This document shows positions 28,532-38,755 of a stretch of DNA of 64,000 nucleotides, one piece after another (the first letter of the stretch is position 1; every line of letters begins with the position of its first letter). Under the pieces are notes generated by a model. The model was not told where the DNA came from. It made no database searches and saw only the letters and a list, made by a program, of their open reading frames with translations. The stretch covers positions 96,001-160,000 of the forward strand of contig JAVJSW010000068.1 of the NCBI GenBank assembly GCA_040219255.1, read 5' to 3'. The position numbers were made by a program, and so were the translations under genes. The stretch comes from Sumerlaeia bacterium (GTDB lineage Bacteria; Sumerlaeota; Sumerlaeia; SLMS01; JAHLLQ01).

Positions 28532-28658
28532 ACCCGCCAGCCTTAGCCGACGCCCGTGAGCCGCTGCATCGAGGAGGCTTTCGGGAGAGCGGGAGGAAGG
28601 CTGGCTCTGGGAGGAAAAGCGCCGCCGGACGCGGCTCGGAAGACCGTCCAACACAGAG

Positions 28659-29744
28659 TTACGGCGTCGAATCCGCCGCCTGGGCCGCCGCTCCCGCCAG
28701 TTCGCCCTTCAGGTGCTCGAATGGGCCGACGATGGCGCCGGCTTCCACGGCGGCGCCTTCGACCACGGCGTGGCGGACGCGGACGCAGTGTTCGAGGGTG
28801 GCGTCGATCAGGGTGGCGTGGGGGCCGATGATGCAGCCTTCGCCGACGACCGATTGGCCCCGGATGATAGTAAAGGGCTGAAGAATCGTCTCGCGCCCGA
28901 TCACCGCCGTGCGATCGACGTAGGTGGTTTCCGGGTCGATGACGGTGACGCCGCTGTCCATGAGGGCGTTGAGCACGCGGCGCCGCAGGATGGCTTCGGC
29001 GTTGGCCAATTCCTGGCGGCTGTTGACGCCGACGACTTCGCTGGGGTCGGGGCAGACGCTGGCTTCCACGCCCCGGTGATCGCGGCGCAGGACTTTGACG
29101 GTGTCGGTCAGGTAGTACTCGCCCTGGACGTTGTCGTTGTCGAGGTGATCGAGGGCGGTGAGGAGGGCCTGCGCGTCGAAAGCGTAAATGCCGGTGTTGA
29201 TTTCCTTGATGGCGCGCTGGGCTTCGGTGGCGTCCTTGTGTTCGACGATGCCGCGGACGGCGCCGTATTCGTCGCGCTGGATGCGGCCATAGCCGGTCGG
29301 GTCCTGGAGATGGGTGGTCAGGACGGCGCAGGCGCAGGTCATTTCGCGGCGGCGCTCGACCAGAGCGCTCAGCGTTTCCGTGCGCAGCAGCGGCCCATCG
29401 CCGTTCAGCACCAGCACATCCACCCCGTCCGGGTTAGCGGCCACGAGATCGCGCAACGGCCCGGCCGCCATCATGACGGCGTGGCCGGTGCCAAGTTGCT
29501 TCTCCTGGAGGACGCAGGTGGCGCGGGCGCCGATGTGGGCCTCGACGTCGTCGGCGCGGTGGCCGACGACGACAAAGGCACCCTGGGGCCCGAGGGGCTC
29601 GACGGCGTCGAGCACGCAATCGATCATGGCCCGGCCGCCAACCTGGTGCAGCACCTTGGGCAGTTCGGTTTTCATCCGCGAGCCCTTGCCGGCGGCGAGG
29701 ATCACGACGGCGAGCTTGCGATTGGACGGGGGGATCTGAGTCAT
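28659..29744 (-). CDS. glmU: GlmU-like uridyltransferase with shortened beta-helix (361 aa)
   Basis: LAAGKGSRMK..PKVLH, QLGTGHAV, GYGRI, EINTGIY, EYYLTD, GVNSR; ends soon after GPF. Confidence 0.85.
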   Translation of the reverse strand: MTQIPPSNRKLAVVILAAGKGSRMKTELPKVLHQVGGRAMIDCVLDAVEPLGPQGAFVVVGHRADDVEAHIGARATCVLQEKQLGTGHAVMMAAGPLRDLVAANPDGVDVLVLNGDGPLLRTETLSALVERRREMTCACAVLTTHLQDPTGYGRIQRDEYGAVRGIVEHKDATEAQRAIKEINTGIYAFDAQALLTALDHLDNDNVQGEYYLTDTVKVLRRDHRGVEASVCPDPSEVVGVNSRQELANAEAILRRRVLNALMDSGVTVIDPETTYVDRTAVIGRETILQPFTIIRGQSVVGEGCIIGPHATLIDATLEHCVRVRHAVVEGAAVEAGAIVGPFEHLKGELAGAAAQAADSTP

Positions 29745-29889
29745 GAGGGGTTCGGTCACTTTCCTGAGCGGCCCGGCGGACAGGGCCGAAACCGGGGTCG
29801 AATGCGATGCGGACGTTAGTTGGAACGGGGAATGAAGGGCAAAAGGAAAACGGCGGACTGACACAGTGGCACGCGGCGGGGCCTGAATA

Positions 29890-30008
29890 GCCACGGATGG
29901 AGACGGATAGAGCAACGAATCGGAGAGTAGCCAGAACCGCGTGGGAACCGGCCTTGGTGAGGAGAATCTTGAAAAATATCCGAAGTCTTATCCGTGAAAA
30001 TCCGTGGC
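29890..30008. repeat. Short element with imperfect terminal inverted repeats
   Basis: GCCACGGATGGAGACGGAT at 29890-29908 and ATCCGTGAAAATCCGTGGC at 29990-30008. Confidence 0.55.
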
Positions 30009-30117
30009 CACCTTTTCCGGGGCGTCCACCCTGGCGCCCGATTCCGCTTTCGCTCCGCCATTGCGCGCCCGCACAGTTCTCCACAGTCCCAACTTCCGCG
30101 AAGCGAAAGCCCCATCC

Positions 30118-31260
30118 ATGTCCGACCCAACTCTGTCCCTCATACCTGGCCGCGCGTCCGAGGCCGGTACGCAAGGGTTCGCCACCCGCCACGACGCGCT
30201 CAAGAAGGCCGGTGCCTATCGCGAGTGGCGGGGGCTGTGCGTCTCGACGGTCGGCATGGGGACGTACCTGGGCGAGGCCACGGCGGAGGACCGGGCAGCC
30301 TATCGCGGGGCGGCGAAGACGGCGCTGTCGCTGGGCGTGAACGTCTTCGACACGGCGATCAATTACCGCCATCAAGCCAGCGAACGCGACATCGGCGCGG
30401 CCCTGGGCGCGGCCTTCGACGCGGGAACCGCCTCCCGCGAGGAAGTCTTCGTCAGCACCAAGGGCGGGTTCCTGCCCTTCGATTGCGACGACAACGAGGG
30501 CGATCCGCGGGCCTATCTGGCAAAGGTTTACCTGAAATCCGAGCTGTGTCCGCCGGACGAAATCGTGGCCGGTTGCCAATGCCTGGCGCCCGCCTACCTG
30601 ACCGATCAGATCGCCCGCAGCCGGCGCAATCTGGGGCTCGAAACGCTGGACTTATACTACCTGCACAACCCGGAAATGCAGCTTGGCGAAGTGCGCCGTC
30701 CCGAGTTCCTACGCCGCATCCGGGGGGCTTTCGAGGCCCTGGCCCGAGCCCGCGCCGACGGCCACATCGGCATCTATGGCGTGGCCACCTGGGATGGGTT
30801 GCGCCAGGTCCCGGACGCGAGCGATGGGCGCCTGCTCCTCGAAGACTTGCGCCGAGCCGCCATCGAGGTCGAAGGCTCGCAACACGGCTTCCGCGCGATC
30901 CAGTTGCCGCTGAACCTGGGCATGACCGAGGCGCTCTGCGTCGAGCACGACCCCCGCAACCACCCGGGCCGCACGGTGCTCGAGGTGGCGGAGGCCCTGG
31001 GCTTGATGGTCATGACCAGCGCGTCGCTGCTGCAAGGGCGCCTGGCGAGTGGCCTTCCGGCCCAGTTCGCCCGCCTCTTTCCCGGCTGCGAGACGGACGC
31101 CGAGCGGGCCCTGCAACACACGCGCTCGGCGCCGGGCGTGACCACGGCGCTAGTGGGCATGAAGACGGAGGCCCACGTGCGCGAGAACGCCGGGCTCCTG
31201 GCCAAACCGCGCATGCGGCCGGAAATCATCGCCAAGCTCTATGCCGGGGCGCGGGGCTGA
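30118..31260 (+). CDS. Aldo/keto reductase
   Basis: GMGTY, FDTAINY, VSTKGG, DLYYLHNPE, IQLP. Confidence 0.88.
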   Translation: MSDPTLSLIPGRASEAGTQGFATRHDALKKAGAYREWRGLCVSTVGMGTYLGEATAEDRAAYRGAAKTALSLGVNVFDTAINYRHQASERDIGAALGAAFDAGTASREEVFVSTKGGFLPFDCDDNEGDPRAYLAKVYLKSELCPPDEIVAGCQCLAPAYLTDQIARSRRNLGLETLDLYYLHNPEMQLGEVRRPEFLRRIRGAFEALARARADGHIGIYGVATWDGLRQVPDASDGRLLLEDLRRAAIEVEGSQHGFRAIQLPLNLGMTEALCVEHDPRNHPGRTVLEVAEALGLMVMTSASLLQGRLASGLPAQFARLFPGCETDAERALQHTRSAPGVTTALVGMKTEAHVRENAGLLAKPRMRPEIIAKLYAGARG

Positions 31261-31278
31261 ATCGTCCATCGAGCCATT

Positions 31279-32343
31279 TCAGCGCCGCCGCAGGCCATGG
31301 CCGGGGCGCTTGAGATCGGGGCGGAGGACGCCGTTTTCGTCAGGCTGCGGGGCGCCGTCAAAGCACTCGCGTTCGATACGCACGTGGTCGTGAAACCATT
31401 CGAGGTGGCGCAGCATGGGGCTGGCGCAGGCCACCGGCAGGTGCAGCGCCGGCGCGCAATGGCACGACAGCGGGACCTTGAACGCCTCGGCCAGCGCCGC
31501 CACCCGCAGAAAGCCCGTGTAGCCCCCGCAGCGCGTCACGTCGGCCTGTAAGACATCGACGGCTCCGGCCTGCAAAATCTTCAGGAAATCGGCGGGGCGC
31601 CAACCGTACTCGCCACTGGAGACTTCCATGGCGGCGGGGGCGCGGGCGCGGACTTCGGCCATGCCGGCCAGGTCGCGATGATCGACCGGCTGCTCCATCC
31701 AACGCACATCGTGGCGGGCGAAGGCCTCCATGTGGCGGAGCGCTTCCTTGGGCGTCCAGGCTTCGTTGGCGTCCAAAAAGAGCTGCACGTCCGGGCCGAT
31801 GGCGCCGCGGGCGGCGGCCACGCGCTCGGCGTCCGAGGCGGCATCGCGGCCCACTTTCATCTTCACGGCGGGCAGGCCCGCGCGGGCCCAGCCGCCGAGC
31901 TGATCGCGCAGTTCCTCCACGGATTGGGACGTGAAGCCTCCGCTGCCATAGACCGGCACGCCATCGCGGGCGAGGCCGAAGAGCCGCGCCAACGCCATCC
32001 CCAGCCGCCGCGCCTTGCCATCCCAGAGCGCGATATCGACCGCCGAAATCGCCATCGCCGACAAGCCCCCAAGGCCGTTGTTGCGCAGCTTGCCGTGCAT
32101 GAGCGCCGAGAGGCGCGGGATGTCGTCGGCGGGCTGGCCCGTGAGAAGCGGCGCCAGCGTGTCGCTGATGACTTGGGCGACGGCGCCGTGGGCGTAGGTC
32201 CAGCCCAAGCCAGTCTCTCCCCCGGCGTCGATTTCGACCAGGACCACGGTGGTATGATCCCACACCAGGGTCCCGTCGCTCTCGGCGCCGCCCTGGGTGG
32301 GGATGGTGAGGGTTTCGATGCGGAGAGATTCAATGGGTGGCAT
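31279..32343 (-). CDS. Enolase superfamily (mandelate racemase-like) protein
   Basis: SAVDIALWD, KMKVG, LDAN, MEQP, GEY, QADVT, CH. Confidence 0.88.
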   Translation of the reverse strand: MPPIESLRIETLTIPTQGGAESDGTLVWDHTTVVLVEIDAGGETGLGWTYAHGAVAQVISDTLAPLLTGQPADDIPRLSALMHGKLRNNGLGGLSAMAISAVDIALWDGKARRLGMALARLFGLARDGVPVYGSGGFTSQSVEELRDQLGGWARAGLPAVKMKVGRDAASDAERVAAARGAIGPDVQLFLDANEAWTPKEALRHMEAFARHDVRWMEQPVDHRDLAGMAEVRARAPAAMEVSSGEYGWRPADFLKILQAGAVDVLQADVTRCGGYTGFLRVAALAEAFKVPLSCHCAPALHLPVACASPMLRHLEWFHDHVRIERECFDGAPQPDENGVLRPDLKRPGHGLRRR

Positions 32344-32408
32344 GGCGGTAAGCTGGGAAGGTGGAGAGACTTTTCCGCCTGAAGGCGAGACGACGAACGG
32401 ACGTGATC

Positions 32409-34199
32409 TTAGCCCTGCGGCGTGATACCTTCCCACATGGCCTTCACGCTTTGCATGACGATGCCTTTTTGGCGCGAGTCGCCCTGGAGCAGGGCGCTGG
32501 CGAAGCTCTTGACCTGCTCGAACTTGATGTGGGGCGGGATGGTCTGCACGTCGGGATCGACAAAGGCCTCAATCAGGGTCGGGCGGTCGGCGTGGAAGGC
32601 TTCGTGCCAGGCGCCGGCGATGTCGTCCTTGTTGTCCAGGTAGATGCCCTTGAAGCCCAGCAGCTCGGCGTACTTGGAGTAGCTGATGTCGGGAATGACC
32701 TGGGTGGTATCGACGCGCGGGTGGCCTTCCATGACGCGCTGCTCCCAGGAAACCTGGCTCAGATCGCGGTTGTTCAGAACCAGGATTACGAAGCGCGGGT
32801 CGTCCCATTGCTTCCAGTACTTCGCCAGGGTCACCAGTTCGCTGTTGCCGCACATCTGCATGGCGCCGTCGCCGACGAGGGCGAGGATCGGGCGATCGGG
32901 GAAGCAGAACTTGGCCGCGATGGCATAAGGCACACCCGGCCCCATGGTGGCGAGATTGCCGCTGCCGCTGGCCATCATGCCTTTGCGTAGACGCAAGTCG
33001 CGGCCGTACCAGTTCGAGGCGGTTCCGGTGTCGCAGGCGATGATGACATCGTCGGGGAGCTGCTTGTTCAGTTCCCAATAGATCGCGGCGGGGTTGAGCG
33101 GATTGGCGTCGAGCCCGGCGATGCTCTCGATGGACTTCCACCAGTGATCGATCTGGCCCATCAGCTTCTCCTGCCAGGAGCGGTCTTCCTTGCGGTCGAT
33201 CAGGGGCAGCAGGGCGCGGACCGTTTCCTTGGCGTCGCCGTTGAGGGGGACCTCGGCCGGGTAGCGCATCGAGAGGCGGCGTCCGTCGATGTCGATCTGC
33301 ACGCAACGGGCTTGGCCTTCCTCGGGCAGGAACTCGGCGTAGGGGAAGCTGGTGCCGATCATCAGCAGCGTGTCGCAGTCCTTCATCAGGGTCCAGCTCG
33401 GCTTGGTGCCGAGAAGGCCGATGGAGCCGGTGACGAAGGGAATCTCGTCGGGGATGACGGCTTTGCCGAGCCAGGCCTTGGCGATGCCGGCGCCGAGCTT
33501 GTCGGCCAGTTCGATGACTTCGTCGGCGGCGCCCTGAGCGCCGGCGCCGACCAGCATAGCGACCTTCTTGCCCTCGTTGAGAACCTGGGCCGCACGCACC
33601 AGTTCTTCGCGCGCCGGAACGGTCAGCGGAATGTGATGGCCCACGCCGGTGTAGGAGCACCCGTGCTTGCGGGGGGCTTCCGAGAAATCCTCGTCCTGAA
33701 TGTCGTTCGGTACGATGATGGCCGTGACGGTGCGCTGATCCTTGGCGATGCGGAAGGCGCGATCGACCAGGGAACGGGCCTGGGCCGGGTGCATCAGGGT
33801 CTGCACGAATTCGCTGGCCACGTCCTTATACAACGTTTGCAGGTCGATTTCCTGCTGATAGTCGGTGCCGAGGGAAAAGCGCGCCTGCTGGCCCACGATG
33901 GCGACCACCGGCTGATGGTCCTTCTTGGCGTCGTAGAGACCATTCAGCAGATGCACGGCGCCGGGGCCGCTGGTGGCCAGGCAGACGCCGACTTCGCCGG
34001 TGTATTTCGCGTGGGCACAGGCCATGAAGGCGGCCATTTCCTCGTGCCGGGCCTGCACGAATTCCAGGTGGCCATCCTTGACCGATTGCTCCATCGCGAT
34101 GGTCAAACCATTGATGCCGTCTCCGGGATAACCGTAGATGCGGGTTACGCCCCATTGCAGCATGCGCTTCATCATATATTCGCTGACGTTCTGTGCCAT
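32409..34199 (-). CDS. TPP-dependent enzyme, pyruvate oxidase/PoxB-like
   Basis: GYPGDG, RHEEMAAFMA, TSGPG, GDGAMQM..LNN TPP motif. Confidence 0.9.
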   Translation of the reverse strand: MAQNVSEYMMKRMLQWGVTRIYGYPGDGINGLTIAMEQSVKDGHLEFVQARHEEMAAFMACAHAKYTGEVGVCLATSGPGAVHLLNGLYDAKKDHQPVVAIVGQQARFSLGTDYQQEIDLQTLYKDVASEFVQTLMHPAQARSLVDRAFRIAKDQRTVTAIIVPNDIQDEDFSEAPRKHGCSYTGVGHHIPLTVPAREELVRAAQVLNEGKKVAMLVGAGAQGAADEVIELADKLGAGIAKAWLGKAVIPDEIPFVTGSIGLLGTKPSWTLMKDCDTLLMIGTSFPYAEFLPEEGQARCVQIDIDGRRLSMRYPAEVPLNGDAKETVRALLPLIDRKEDRSWQEKLMGQIDHWWKSIESIAGLDANPLNPAAIYWELNKQLPDDVIIACDTGTASNWYGRDLRLRKGMMASGSGNLATMGPGVPYAIAAKFCFPDRPILALVGDGAMQMCGNSELVTLAKYWKQWDDPRFVILVLNNRDLSQVSWEQRVMEGHPRVDTTQVIPDISYSKYAELLGFKGIYLDNKDDIAGAWHEAFHADRPTLIEAFVDPDVQTIPPHIKFEQVKSFASALLQGDSRQKGIVMQSVKAMWEGITPQG

Positions 34200-34324
34200 G
34201 TGTAAGTCCTCCGGAAGTGATCGATAAGGGGTGCTTGGTTGGTGATTGACGGGTGCTTGGGATTGCGGCTTCGCGCCGCGCCGATCTTTCCTGAAAAGGG
34301 CGCAAGAACCAATCCAGGGGCCGG

Positions 34325-37318
34325 TCACGCGGCGCTCATGACCTCGTCGAGGAGTTCGGCGATGTGGAGCGGGCGCCGACCGGTGCCGTCGAGGATCTGC
34401 TTGCGGCAACTGAACCCGTCGGCCAGCAGCAGCGCGTCCTCGGGCGATTCACGCACGGAGGGCAGCAAGTGGCGCTCGCCGACCTGCATGCTGAAGTCGT
34501 GCTTTTCGGCCTCGAAGCCAAAAGCTCCCGCGAGACCGCAGCAACTCGGTTCCGGCTCGGTCGCTTCGATGCCGAGCTGGTCGAGGAGGCGATGGAGCGA
34601 GTCCATGCCGAGGGAGGCTTTCTGGTGGCAGTGGCCGTGGAGGAGCGCCTTGCCGCCGGGCCGGGGCAGCTCGACGTCGTCGTTCGCAAGGAGTTCGGTG
34701 AAGAGGAAGCTGCACTTGGCGAGGCGCTTGGCGTCGAGATCGTGGGGGAAGAGCTTGACCAGTTCGTCGCGGTAAACCGAAACGGTGCTGGGTTCGAGGC
34801 CGACAATAGGAATACCGAGGCGGATTTCTTCCTTCAGGTCGCGGATGACGGCGTGGAGCTGGCGCTGGGCGCGGTTCAACATGCCGAAGTGAATGAGGGG
34901 ACGGACGGCGGGGAGCCGTCTTTTCGGCAATTCCACCCGGTAGCCGAGACGCACCAGGACGTTCTTCGCCGCCCAGAGCGTCCCGGGAAAGAAGTGGTCG
35001 TTATAGATGTCGGGAAAGATCAGGACCCGCTTACCGTCCTCGGGCCCGGCGAAGCGGCCGCCGTGCTCGCGGCGAAAGCGTTGGCGGAAGGTTTCCTTGG
35101 CGAAGCGCGGCACGGAGCGCTCGGTGGTGATGCCGCCGATTTTCTGGAGCAGCGTCGAGAACGGCTTGGTTTGGCCGAAGAAGTTGGCTACGCCCGGGGC
35201 GATGCTGGCGAGGCGGCTCCAGGTGCCGATGAACCCCATGGCGTAATGCGCCCGGGGGCGGATCAGGCCGTAGTGATGGGCCAGGAACTCGGACTTGTAG
35301 GTCGCCATGTCGACGTTCACCGGGCAATCCGTCAGGCAGCCCTTGCAGGAGAGGCAGAGGTCGAGCGTTTCCTTGACCGCTTTGCTTTTCCAGCGGTCCT
35401 TGATGATGCCGCCGTGGATCATTTCGAAGAGGGCGCGGGCGCGGCCCCGGGTCGAGTCCTTCTCGTTCCGGCTGACCTGATAGCTGGGGCACATGAAGGC
35501 GTTGTCTTCGCGGCGGCATTTGCCCACGCCGACGCAGCGCGTGGCGGCGCGCGAGAAACTGCCCTGGTCTTCGGCGTAATCGAAGTACGTGTCGGGCTCC
35601 CAGGGCTGGAATTCCGTGCCCAGTCGCAGGTTTTCGTTGGGCGGCATGGCGTCCACGGCCTTGCCCGGGTTCATTTTGCCCTGCGGGTCCCAGAGCGTCT
35701 TGAACTTGCGGAAGGCCTCCATCAGGCGCGGGCCGTACAGCTCCTCCAGATAGCCGCCGCGGGCCTGGCCGTCGCCGTGCTCGCCCGACATGACGCCGCC
35801 GTACTTTTTCACCAGAGCGACCACGCCCTCGGAGAAGGAGAGGAACGTGTCGATGCCGTGCTTGGTATAGAGATCGAAGGGCAGGCGGCAGTGGACAAGG
35901 CCCTGACCGAAGTGGCCGTAGAGGGCGGCGTCGTATCGGTGCCGATCCATCAGCGCCTGGAATTCGCGCAGGTAGTCGCCGAGGCGCTCCGGCTCGACGG
36001 CGGTGTCTTCCCAGCCCGGCCAGGTGTCGGGGTTGAAGCTGACCCAGGCGGTGGCGGCGAGGCCGGACTCGCGCAGGGTCCAGATGGCTTCCTGCTCGCC
36101 GGGATCGCTGTAGATTTTCGTGAAGGTGGGTTTCGTGCCCTTGGAGTGGGCGAGGACGTCCTCGCAGGCTTCCTGGGCGCGGCGGTCCGCTTCCTCCTGG
36201 GTGTCGCCGCCGAATTCGACGAGCAGCCAGCCTCCGGCGGCGGGCAGTATGGGGCGGTGTTCGGGATGCAGGTGTTTGACCTTCATGTACTCCATCAGGA
36301 GCGAGTCGAGGCCTTCGACGCCCATGGCGCCGCGTCCGACCATTTCGGCGGCGTGATCGCCGCAATCGAAGACCGTGCCGTAACCGAGGACAAGAAGCGA
36401 GCGATTGGGTGGCCGGTGGATCAGGTTCACTTCGGCTTCGAGGAACGTGACGAGGGTTCCTTCGGACCCGGCGAGGGCGCGGGCGACGTTGCAGCCGTTC
36501 TCTGGCAGCAGATCGTCGAGGTTGTAGCCGGAAACGCGGCGGGGGATTTTGGGAAAGAGGCGGCGGATGTCGTCGCCGTATTCGTCGCGGATTTCGCGGA
36601 TGCCGCGATAGATTTCGCCGACCCGGCCTTCTTCACGGCAGAGGCGTTCCAGGTCCTTATCGCTGGTGGGGCCGACGGTGAGGCGCACGCCGTCGTAGGT
36701 GAGGACCTCCATCGACTGCACGTTGTCCGAGGTCCGGCCGCCCATCACGGAGTGAATGCCGCAGGAGTTGTTGCCGATCATGCCGCCGATGGAGCAGTGG
36801 GAGTGGGTGGACGGGTCGGCGCAGAAGAACAGGTCGTGGGGCTTGGCTTGGTCCTGGAGGCGATCGAGGACGCAGCCGGGTTCGACGCGGGCGAGGCGCG
36901 CCGCCGGGTCGATATCGAGGACGTAATGCAGTTCGTTGCTGAAATCGAGCACGACGGCGGCGTTGCAGCCCTGGCCGGCGAGACTGGTGCCGGCGCCCCG
37001 GGTGAGGAGCGGAGCGCCATGGCGATGGGCGATGCGGACGGCCTCGGCGGCGGCTTCTTTGGTGCGTGGGATGACGACCGCGAGGGGGACCTGGCGGTAA
37101 TTCGATCCGTCCGTCGAGTAGATGGCGCGGCGCGTTTCGTCCTGGTGGACGATGGCGTCGATGCCATCGCGCAGGTCGCGGCAGAGGGCGTCGATGTCGG
37201 CTTCGATGGCCGGCCCCGAGCCATGGGTGCGGCCGTTCGGGCTGTAGGGAACGACGTCGCGGGTGGGGCTGCGGCGGATCTGCCTGGAGCTGGGAGGTTG
37301 ATGGTATTTGATGGCCAT
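34325..37318 (-). CDS. FAD-linked oxidase plus Fe-S/CCG domain protein (YdiJ/GlcDF-like)
   Basis: GAGTSLAGQ, GGMIGNNSCG, GEHGDG, CVGVGKC, CLSCKGC..CP, HGHCH, CCGLAG. Confidence 0.9.
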   Translation of the reverse strand: MAIKYHQPPSSRQIRRSPTRDVVPYSPNGRTHGSGPAIEADIDALCRDLRDGIDAIVHQDETRRAIYSTDGSNYRQVPLAVVIPRTKEAAAEAVRIAHRHGAPLLTRGAGTSLAGQGCNAAVVLDFSNELHYVLDIDPAARLARVEPGCVLDRLQDQAKPHDLFFCADPSTHSHCSIGGMIGNNSCGIHSVMGGRTSDNVQSMEVLTYDGVRLTVGPTSDKDLERLCREEGRVGEIYRGIREIRDEYGDDIRRLFPKIPRRVSGYNLDDLLPENGCNVARALAGSEGTLVTFLEAEVNLIHRPPNRSLLVLGYGTVFDCGDHAAEMVGRGAMGVEGLDSLLMEYMKVKHLHPEHRPILPAAGGWLLVEFGGDTQEEADRRAQEACEDVLAHSKGTKPTFTKIYSDPGEQEAIWTLRESGLAATAWVSFNPDTWPGWEDTAVEPERLGDYLREFQALMDRHRYDAALYGHFGQGLVHCRLPFDLYTKHGIDTFLSFSEGVVALVKKYGGVMSGEHGDGQARGGYLEELYGPRLMEAFRKFKTLWDPQGKMNPGKAVDAMPPNENLRLGTEFQPWEPDTYFDYAEDQGSFSRAATRCVGVGKCRREDNAFMCPSYQVSRNEKDSTRGRARALFEMIHGGIIKDRWKSKAVKETLDLCLSCKGCLTDCPVNVDMATYKSEFLAHHYGLIRPRAHYAMGFIGTWSRLASIAPGVANFFGQTKPFSTLLQKIGGITTERSVPRFAKETFRQRFRREHGGRFAGPEDGKRVLIFPDIYNDHFFPGTLWAAKNVLVRLGYRVELPKRRLPAVRPLIHFGMLNRAQRQLHAVIRDLKEEIRLGIPIVGLEPSTVSVYRDELVKLFPHDLDAKRLAKCSFLFTELLANDDVELPRPGGKALLHGHCHQKASLGMDSLHRLLDQLGIEATEPEPSCCGLAGAFGFEAEKHDFSMQVGERHLLPSVRESPEDALLLADGFSCRKQILDGTGRRPLHIAELLDEVMSAA

Positions 37319-37498
37319 GAATGCGCGACCCGGCGGTGAAATGGTGAGGGGCAAGGCTGAATGAGCCGCCGCGCCGGAGAGCTGCGGCGCCGAAGCGGCG
37401 GCTGCGTCCTTCGCACGTTGCAAGGGCGGTTCCAGGGGCTCGGGGGCGGCGGGGGCGGCTCGGCCATTGCGTGGGGCTGAGGGGACAGGAGGCCCATC

Positions 37499-38755
37499 AT
37501 GGCTGTTGTTCCTCAAACCAACGCGTTCGATTCCACCCCGGCGTTGCTCCGGGAAGGCTACCGGTTCGTTTCGAACCGGTGTGAAGCCTTGAATACAGAC
37601 ATCTTCCGCACGCGGCTGATGCTGAAGCAGGCCGTCTGCATGCGGGGCGAGGAAGCGGCGCGCGTGTTCTATGAACCGGGACGGATGACCCGGCGCAAAG
37701 CGATGCCACCGACGGCGCTGATGCTGTTGCAGGATTTCGGCAGCGTTCAGACGCTCGATGGCGAGGCGCACCGCCATCGCAAGGAGATGTTCATGGCGTT
37801 GATGACGCCGGAGAGCATGGGAGCCCTGACGGATGGGGTGGAGGAGACGTGGCGGAGGCGGCTGCGGGATTGCCAGGAAGCCGGGCGGGTTGAGCTGCAT
37901 TGGGAATTCCAATCGATCCTGTGCGAGGCGGTGTGTGCGTGGGCGGGGTTGCCGCTGGACGAGGGGGAACGCGAACGGCGAACGCGTGAGTTCGCCGCCA
38001 TGATCGGCGGTGCGGGAGCCTTCGGGCCGAAGAATTGGCACGCGATGGCGTTGAGGCGGCGGTGCGAGCTATGGACTCGGCGCCAGATCGCGGCCATCCG
38101 CGCGGGGCGGCGGGCGGTTCCGGGGGGCAGTGCGGCGGATCTTGTGGCCGCGCATCAGGACCTGGACGGGCGGCCGCTGGACGAGAAGATCGCGGCGGTG
38201 GAGCTGGTGAATCTGCTGCGGCCGACGGTGGCGGTGGCGCGCTATCTGGTGTTCGTGGCGATGGCGCTGGAGCGCGAACCGGCCGCCCGCGAGAAGCTGC
38301 GGGGGCCCGGCGCGGAGGACTACGAGACGTGGTTCGTGCAGGAAGTGCGGCGCTTCTACCCGTACTTTCCCATCATCGCGGGGCGCGTGCGCGAGCCCTT
38401 CATCTGGCGCGATCACGAATTCGGCAAAGACGACTGGGTGGTGCTGGACCTCTACGGCACGAACCACGACCCGCGGACGTGGGAGGACCCGGACGTCTTC
38501 CGGCCCGAGCGCTTCGCGAATTGGGACGGCAGCCCCTTCGGCCTGATCCCGCAGGGCGGCGGCGACCACCACACGGGGCACCGGTGCGCGGGCGAGTGGG
38601 TGACGATCGAGCTGATGAAGCGGGGCCTGCGGCGGCTGGGGCGCGAGCTGCGTTACCGGGTGCCGGAGCAGGACCTGACGCTGGCGATGTCGCGCATGCC
38701 GGCGATTCCGCCGGGAGGCTTTGTGATCGAGGACGTGCGACCGGCGGAGGATTGA
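37499..38755 (+). CDS. Cytochrome P450 fatty-acid peroxygenase (CYP152)
   Basis: NLLRPTVAV (Arg-Pro), QEVRRFYP, LDLYGTNHD, PQGGG..GHRCAGE. Confidence 0.92.
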   Translation: MAVVPQTNAFDSTPALLREGYRFVSNRCEALNTDIFRTRLMLKQAVCMRGEEAARVFYEPGRMTRRKAMPPTALMLLQDFGSVQTLDGEAHRHRKEMFMALMTPESMGALTDGVEETWRRRLRDCQEAGRVELHWEFQSILCEAVCAWAGLPLDEGERERRTREFAAMIGGAGAFGPKNWHAMALRRRCELWTRRQIAAIRAGRRAVPGGSAADLVAAHQDLDGRPLDEKIAAVELVNLLRPTVAVARYLVFVAMALEREPAAREKLRGPGAEDYETWFVQEVRRFYPYFPIIAGRVREPFIWRDHEFGKDDWVVLDLYGTNHDPRTWEDPDVFRPERFANWDGSPFGLIPQGGGDHHTGHRCAGEWVTIELMKRGLRRLGRELRYRVPEQDLTLAMSRMPAIPPGGFVIEDVRPAED

